This document shows, piece by piece, positions 58,726 through 64,000 of a stretch of 64,000 bases of DNA (its first letter is position 1; every line of letters begins with the position of its first letter). A program made the position numbers and the translations under genes. The notes beneath the pieces are model-generated. The model worked only from the letters and a program-made list of their open reading frames with translations. It had not been told where the DNA came from and did not search any database. Source of the DNA: an uncultured Pseudomonadota bacterium (GTDB lineage: Bacteria > Pseudomonadota > Alphaproteobacteria > UBA9219); assembly GCA_903869345.1 (NCBI GenBank), contig CAIPYM010000041.1, forward strand, positions 904 through 64,903, read 5' to 3'.

Positions 58726-60061
58726 TCAACGAGTCCTTTCCTGAATCAGGGCACGAATCTGAAGGGTTCGCCGACGTGGGCGGGAGGGAACGCAACCAGT
58801 CAAGATCCGGGGGCGGATTCGTCACCACGCGGCGCAAAATCTGCACGACCTCGGGATCATAAAGCTTGCCCGCATCGTTTTCCACGTTTTGCAGAGCCGC
58901 AGCTACAGGCAAGGCCCGACGGTGAGCACGTTCGCTGACAAGCGCGACAAACGCGTTCGCGAGGGTCACGATTCGGGCGGGCAACAGAATCTCGTTCCCC
59001 TTGAGTCCCGCTGGTTGGCCCGAGCCGTCCACGTGTTCCAGGACTTCACGCAACGTTGGAATCACGGGCGAATCGAACCCGATGATGCTGACGATATCCG
59101 CCGAGGCCAACATGCCTTGGCGCACGCGATCCAGTTCTTCGGGCGTGAGAGCGGATTCCTTGGTTAACAAGTGGCGTGGGACGAGCACTTTGCCGAAGTT
59201 CATGAGGGATCCCGCAATTTCGACGGCTTCGGTTTGAGATTCGTCCAGGCCCATGCCCCGTGCCATTGCCACGCTCAATTGTCCCACGCGCGACGAGTGC
59301 CCGGCGGCGTAAGGATCGCGGCGGTCCACAACGGCCACCAGCGTTTCAATCAGCTGATGCAGCATGCGTTCCCGCCGCTCGCGTTCAACCAGGAGAAGGG
59401 TCAGATCCTCCTCGCTGACCAGCACGTACCCCGCGAGTCCTCCTAAGGAGGGGACACGCTCGTAGCGCGTTTGCACCAAGTGCGTTTTGCCCAAGGAATC
59501 CACGCGGCGCGAAACATGCTCCACGGGCGTATCCTTGTGACGCGCTTCTTCAAGCAGCGCTTCCATGCGTTGGGCTTGGTCGGGGGGCATCACATCCTTC
59601 GGTTGAAAACCCACGAGACTTCCGGAGGTTTTGCACCCGACCAAACTGAGAGCTGAGCCGTTCACAAACCAATAGCGGTTGCGGGGATCAAAGATGATCA
59701 GGGACCAAGGGGCGCGTCCAGCGGTGAGGGCAAGAATCTCTTCGCAATACACCAGGCGTTGCGTGAGCCGTTGCGCCTTGAGGCTTTCCTGTGTTCGGGC
59801 CCGAACGACCAGGCCCAAGAGGATGGCCAGCAAGAAAAAGGGCAAGCCAATTTGCAAGGCAACCTGAAGCCCTGCAAGGCTTTGCTGGACAAGCACTTGC
59901 CATGCGGCAAGGGCCACGGACAGGCCCAGGAGCCCCATGGCAAGCCACGCGATTTTCTCTTCGCATTTCAGACGGCCAGGGCGCAAATCGACGAGCTGAT
60001 CCTCGGGGATGCGGGGCGGCGGGAGAAAGGGAAAGGGGCTGCCGGAATCCATGGTGGCCAT
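58709..60061 (-). CDS. membrane-anchored HD-GYP-like domain protein with degenerate catalytic motifs
   Basis: N-terminal 2 TM, a sensor region, then an HD-GYP fold: GHSSRV is retained, but the HD dyad position reads NF (AGSLMNFGKVLVP), HHExxDGxGYP reads VLEHVDGSGQP, and GYP is GQP. Start at MATMDSG (60061). Confidence 0.65.
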   Translation of the reverse strand: MATMDSGSPFPFLPPPRIPEDQLVDLRPGRLKCEEKIAWLAMGLLGLSVALAAWQVLVQQSLAGLQVALQIGLPFFLLAILLGLVVRARTQESLKAQRLTQRLVYCEEILALTAGRAPWSLIIFDPRNRYWFVNGSALSLVGCKTSGSLVGFQPKDVMPPDQAQRMEALLEEARHKDTPVEHVSRRVDSLGKTHLVQTRYERVPSLGGLAGYVLVSEEDLTLLLVERERRERMLHQLIETLVAVVDRRDPYAAGHSSRVGQLSVAMARGMGLDESQTEAVEIAGSLMNFGKVLVPRHLLTKESALTPEELDRVRQGMLASADIVSIIGFDSPVIPTLREVLEHVDGSGQPAGLKGNEILLPARIVTLANAFVALVSERAHRRALPVAAALQNVENDAGKLYDPEVVQILRRVVTNPPPDLDWLRSLPPTSANPSDSCPDSGKDSLNEKRP

Positions 60062-60277
60062 GCCTGAACGAGGGAGAGGGAAGGGGGAAGAAGGCGACAG
60101 GGGAGAAGCTGGAGGGCCCTGTATAGCCTGTTTTGTCCCAAAGCCCAAAAAAGGGGTCTAAAGGGGGAGGGTCGCGTGGTTCTCGATTTACGTCGGCGAT
60201 TCGTCCCCTGAAGCGTTGCGTTAGGCTCCTTGACAGAGTGGAAAGGGCGTCGGCATAACACCCCTTGCGAAGACGGA

Positions 60278-60353
60278 GGGCCTGTAGCTCAGCTGGGAGA
60301 GCGCATCGTTCGCAATGATGAGGTCGTCGGTTCGATCCCGATCAGGTCCACCA
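60278..60353 (+). tRNA. tRNA-Ala (anticodon CGC)
   Basis: Hand-folded 76 nt: the G3:U70 identity pair, anticodon loop TTCGCAA, T-arm GGTTCGATCC, 3' CCA. Confidence 0.9.
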
Positions 60354-60475
60354 ATTCCCAAGATTTTGCTCTCTGGTAAGCGTTGAGCCTGGGTCCTTGG
60401 GGGCCCCCGGCCCCTTAAAACGTTCCTCGTCCCCACGGTGATGAACGTGTCATAAGGGCCAAGGCATGGGGATGT

Positions 60476-61489
60476 GTGGGCCCTGAGGGTTTTTTGTTCA
60501 ACGATTCAGGGAAGCTGAGCATCCTGCAATTTTACGTTGCGCAGGGCTCGGAAAGCCAACGGGCAACGGGATTCGGAAGGACATCGTTCATGGTCACTCA
60601 ACGGTTACTCAAGTCGTCATCCTCCGCCCCGTCGTTGCCTTCGGGGGCGCGTTCGCGTTCTTCGCGTCCCTTCACAGGGAGAGGCAAAACTCTCGCCCGA
60701 GCGCGGGTTTCCGTGAAATCAGCGGCCCAAGGGGGAGCAAAAACAGGGGCTCAAAAATCCGCGTCCCCTCGACTCGCGGTCAAGAAAGGGACGGTCGCTA
60801 AACCCAGGGTGAAAAAAACGGCGACTCAAAAATTTGCTCCTCCCAAACCAGCGACGAGAGTGCGAAAAACCCCCGTGGTTCGCGCGAAAACGGCGATCAA
60901 ACCAGGGGTCAAAAAATCCGCGACCGCGAGGCCTTCGGTCAAAAAGGCGGAGATCAAAAAGATCGTTGTTAAAAAGGGAGCCGCCCCAAAGCCGCCGGTT
61001 CCAAGAACGATTGCTCAGAAACCGGCCGCCTCGGTGCAAAGCGCTGTTGCTCCCGTCCTCAAAAAGAAGACGGCTCGGCGGCTTGCGCCTCTGCGAGAAC
61101 AGCAGGCCGTTCGGTCGTCCGTGCGCGGGTTGCCGGAAGAGGGGTTGGCGCGCGTTCTCGCTGTTTTGGATGAGCATCAGGCCGAGGACGTTGTCTCGGT
61201 TGATTGGCGGGGGGTGAGTCCTCTGGCGGATTACGTGGTGGTGGCGATCGGCAAAACGAGCCGCCATGTTTTGGCCTTGGCGCAGCATTGCACGGAGGCG
61301 CTCGGAAAATTGGGATTCAGGCGCATCCGCCTCGAAGGGCAGGGGCTGGGGGATTGGGCGCTCGTGGACGCGGGCGATATCATTGTTCATATCCTGCGGC
61401 CCGAGGTTGAGGCGTACTACAATCTTCATGCGCTTTACGGGGCGGGGTCTTCTGAAACCCCAGCGATTCTGCGCCCCACGGACGTCTAA
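60476..61489 (+). CDS. rsfS: ribosomal silencing factor RsfS (Iojap) fused to an about 200-aa Lys/Ala/Pro-rich (histone H1/AlgP-like) N-terminal extension
   Basis: The C-terminal 110 aa (LDEHQAEDVVSVDWRGVSPLADYVVVAIGKTSRHV...IIVHILRPEVEAYYNLHALYG) is RsfS. The N-terminus has the repeats AKPRVKKTA, KPGVKKSA, VKKAEIKKIVVKKGAAPKPP. The start is uncertain (60476 or the M at 60590). Confidence 0.7.
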   Translation: MGPEGFLFNDSGKLSILQFYVAQGSESQRATGFGRTSFMVTQRLLKSSSSAPSLPSGARSRSSRPFTGRGKTLARARVSVKSAAQGGAKTGAQKSASPRLAVKKGTVAKPRVKKTATQKFAPPKPATRVRKTPVVRAKTAIKPGVKKSATARPSVKKAEIKKIVVKKGAAPKPPVPRTIAQKPAASVQSAVAPVLKKKTARRLAPLREQQAVRSSVRGLPEEGLARVLAVLDEHQAEDVVSVDWRGVSPLADYVVVAIGKTSRHVLALAQHCTEALGKLGFRRIRLEGQGLGDWALVDAGDIIVHILRPEVEAYYNLHALYGAGSSETPAILRPTDV

Positions 61490-61631
61490 GTTGGGACCGA
61501 AGAGCCCCGAACTCTCGCCCCCTCCACCCGTCATCCACCGCGAGACTCCGAAGGGGCCGGGACGATTCATCCCCGGTTCTTTCCGTTCTTGGGGTGTTTC
61601 TCACCGAGAGACGGGCCATGGCGCTATGCGT

Positions 61632-62021
61632 TTACGCCGGGGGTGTGAAGGGCGTGCAGATTTCCACCAGAAACCCATCGGGGTCGGCGATGTAGGCGAC
61701 CGTTTGTCCCCAGGGCATGTCTTCGGGGGGTTGGATCAGGCGGCCTCCGGCATGGAGGGCGGACTCCAAAGTCTCGGCCACGTTGTCCGTGACAAACGCA
61801 ATTTCAAAGCAGGGGGCTTGCGCCGTTGGTCGCTGAGGATTTTTCTTGAGCGTGGTCATGAGCGCGCGGGACGAAAAGGCCAATGCCGTCGTGCCGGTGT
61901 TCAGCTCCCCGAAATCGCCACTTTCGTGCAAAAACGTTGTCGCAAAGCCAAAGGCTTGCCCGTAAAACGCAAGCGCCTTTTTCACGTCTTCAACGTACAG
62001 AATCGTGTAACCAAAACGCAT
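61632..62021 (-). CDS. VOC family protein (glyoxalase/bleomycin-resistance fold)
   Basis: MRFGYTILYVEDVKKALAFYGQAFGF...DPDGFLVEICT. The track ORF extends to 62054. Confidence 0.7.
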   Translation of the reverse strand: MRFGYTILYVEDVKKALAFYGQAFGFATTFLHESGDFGELNTGTTALAFSSRALMTTLKKNPQRPTAQAPCFEIAFVTDNVAETLESALHAGGRLIQPPEDMPWGQTVAYIADPDGFLVEICTPFTPPA

Positions 62022-62191
62022 GAGAGGATTCCTTTCGGTAGGAACAAGAGCCAATATGAATCTTATAGCGCCCCTTCCAGGCCTTTGGTACCCCGTTTCC
62101 TCGGCGGGTAAAACGCCTTAAGGTGCCGCGCGTTGTTGCTGTTCGGGGGCAATCTCTGCGAGATGTTTCGGACCATCAGGAGACACAATCC

Positions 62192-64000
62192 ATGCGGGGC
62201 TTTTTGTCACGGGTATGGAGCCGAAGGGCGGCGCGCGAGCACAATTTCCATCCCTCCTACCGGCCCGATGTGGACGGATTGCGGGCGCTCGCGATTCTGG
62301 CGGTGGTGGGGTTTCATGCCTTTCCGGGGCGCATTCACGGCGGGTTCATCGGCGTGGATGTGTTTTTTGTCATCTCGGGATTTCTGATTTCGTCCATCCT
62401 TTACAAAAGCCTCGGGCGCGGGGATTTCCGGTTTACCGAATTCTACGCCCACCGCATCAAGCGCATCTTTCCGGCGCTTTCGGTGGTGTTGGCGGCCTCC
62501 CTGGTGCTGGGGTGGTTCGCCCTGCTGCCGGACGAGTTCACCCAGTTGGGCAAGCACATGGCCGCCGGGGCGGGGTTCATTCTGAACTTCGTGCTTTTGA
62601 GGGAGGCGGGCTATTTCGACGTTGCCTCCGAGCTCAAGCCCCTCATGCACCTCTGGTCGTTGGCCATTGAGGAGCAGTTTTACCTGGTGTTTCCCCTGAT
62701 CCTCTGGGGAGCGTGGAGGTTGGGGTTCAACCTTTTGTCGCTGGTTGTGCTGGGGGCGCTTGTTTCCTTCGGTGTCAACGTTGTGTGGGTTCACGCGCAC
62801 CCTGTTTGGGCTTTCTTCCTGCCTTTTGCACGTTTTTGGGAACTGCTGGCCGGAGCGGTCTTGGCGCACGTCGTCTTGTTCCATCGCGCGGCGGTCGGTG
62901 CCTGGATACGTCGGTGGGCGTTCCATCCGTGGGTGTTTGCAAAGCCCCCCGCCGAATCAAAACAAGATACGGTTCTTAACAACACGTTGGCGGGGCTTGG
63001 TTTTGGGTTGATCGTGGTTTCTGCGCTTGTTCTCCGCAGCACGTGGCTTTTTCCGGGCGGGTGGGCGGCTCTGCCCGTTCTGGGCGCGTGCCTGTTGATC
63101 TGGGCGGGCCCGGCGGCGTTCGTCAATCGCTTTGTGTTGGCCAATCCGGTGGTCGTGTTCATCGGCCTGATCAGTTATCCGCTCTACCTGTGGCACTGGC
63201 CTCTGTTATCGTTCCTGCACATCGCCGTGACCGAAACACCTTCGTGGAAACTGCGCGGAGGGGCGTTGGCCCTGAGCGCTCTTCTGGCCACGCTGACGTA
63301 TTTTCTGATCGAAAAGCCCATCCGATTCGGGCGTAAGACGTGGATCAAGACCGTCGGGCTTTGTGCGGGGATGATTCTTTTGGGAGCAGCGGGATGGGGG
63401 CTCTATCTCAAGAAAGGCTTCCCGGAACGCTTTGCCAATTTTGATGCAACTTTTGCCACAGCGGTGCAGACTTTTTCGGTACGATCCACGCAAGAATGTC
63501 GAGATGGACTGGGTAAGGCGTACACCCAGAAAGCCGACGGGATTAACGATTACACCTGGTGTGTCTCAACGGAGAGCCCGGATCGTGCGACAGTCGCGGT
63601 TCTGGGCGATTCCCACGCTTACAACCTTTACCACGGCTTGCGTGCCAACCTGGATGAACAAGCGTGGCCTTTGGTTCTTTTAGGGCATTCCGTGTGTCCG
63701 CCCATTGTGAATGCTGAAAAAGTGTCCCGCTGCACGGACCCTGATTCGGTACGAACAGCCATCGCGTTTATTGCCAAGACACCGACGATCCGAACCGTGA
63801 TTTTGGCAAGTTATTGGACTCTGGCCAGCTTGGATCACCCTGCGTTTCAAAAAGGCTTAGAAGACACGGTTCAACTTTTTCGACAACACGGAAAACGCGT
63901 CATCCTGGTGAAGGACTGGCCGGAGCTTCCCTTCCTCCCTGGGCCTTGTGCTCATGCAAAATTGTTTTATCATCTTGTTCAACGGTCTGGCCCTTGTACG
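62192..64000 (+). CDS. acyltransferase family 3 (OafA/YrhL-like) membrane protein with C-terminal SGNH-like domain; the 3' end lies beyond the window
   Basis: Hand translation from ATG 62192 gives MRGFLSRVW...RPDVDGLRALAILAVVGFHAFPG...GVDVFFVISGFLIS..., 603 codons with no stop up to the window edge. It is absent from the ORF track because no stop lies inside the window. Confidence 0.7.
   Translation, partial: MRGFLSRVWSRRAAREHNFHPSYRPDVDGLRALAILAVVGFHAFPGRIHGGFIGVDVFFVISGFLISSILYKSLGRGDFRFTEFYAHRIKRIFPALSVVLAASLVLGWFALLPDEFTQLGKHMAAGAGFILNFVLLREAGYFDVASELKPLMHLWSLAIEEQFYLVFPLILWGAWRLGFNLLSLVVLGALVSFGVNVVWVHAHPVWAFFLPFARFWELLAGAVLAHVVLFHRAAVGAWIRRWAFHPWVFAKPPAESKQDTVLNNTLAGLGFGLIVVSALVLRSTWLFPGGWAALPVLGACLLIWAGPAAFVNRFVLANPVVVFIGLISYPLYLWHWPLLSFLHIAVTETPSWKLRGGALALSALLATLTYFLIEKPIRFGRKTWIKTVGLCAGMILLGAAGWGLYLKKGFPERFANFDATFATAVQTFSVRSTQECRDGLGKAYTQKADGINDYTWCVSTESPDRATVAVLGDSHAYNLYHGLRANLDEQAWPLVLLGHSVCPPIVNAEKVSRCTDPDSVRTAIAFIAKTPTIRTVILASYWTLASLDHPAFQKGLEDTVQLFRQHGKRVILVKDWPELPFLPGPCAHAKLFYHLVQRSGPCT

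Noticed and set aside
62133-62670. Track ORFs 62133..62387 and 62215..62670 near the window end.
   Set aside because: They are out-of-frame shadows of the acyltransferase-3 gene, which starts at ATG 62192 and is open to the window edge (and so is absent from a stop-delimited ORF list). Its frame carries the canonical acyltransferase motifs.
1-64000. CRISPR arrays, insertion sequences, integrases, prophage genes, rRNA operons.
   Set aside because: No regularly spaced direct repeats with unique spacers, no transposase or integrase-like ORFs, and no rRNA-like conserved stretches were seen. The only repeats are the short REP-A/REP-B families and the single 345-bp tandem duplication.

Overview
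This is a 64 kb, high-GC (about 63-66%) chromosomal segment, and the gene content and synteny look alphaproteobacterial (Rhodospirillales/Acetobacteraceae-like); this taxonomic call is an inference from synteny and GC only and was not checked. It is dominated by housekeeping genes: lpdA (3' part), rlmE, mrdA, nrdR, ribE, rpsF-rpsR-DUF2232-rplI, metA, topA, murA, dxr, dxs, spoT/rel, rpoZ, rplS, pyrH, purE, mrcA, argF, rsfS, plus a flagellar stator module (motA-motB, fliL-like), pflB (pyruvate formate-lyase) and two tRNAs (Gln-CUG, Ala-CGC). Superimposed on this core are two families of short GC-rich dispersed repeats (REP-like) and several low-GC (about 45-55%) patches. These patches carry poorly characterised genes: a DUF3800 protein, two unknowns, and a rhodanese-like gene behind a 650-bp ORF-free leader. 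The same patches show signs of gene decay: a macB/lolD N-terminal remnant, a frameshifted tandemly duplicated gene, and an orphan GspF and ABC ATPase. The leads most worth follow-up are the DUF3800 locus with a convergent promoter-plus-terminator small-RNA candidate, a catalytically degenerate HD-GYP membrane protein, an RsfS fused to a histone-H1-like Lys/Ala-rich domain, and the repeat families. No CRISPR array, transposase, integrase or rRNA gene is present. All start coordinates were refined by hand against known N-termini and are approximate.
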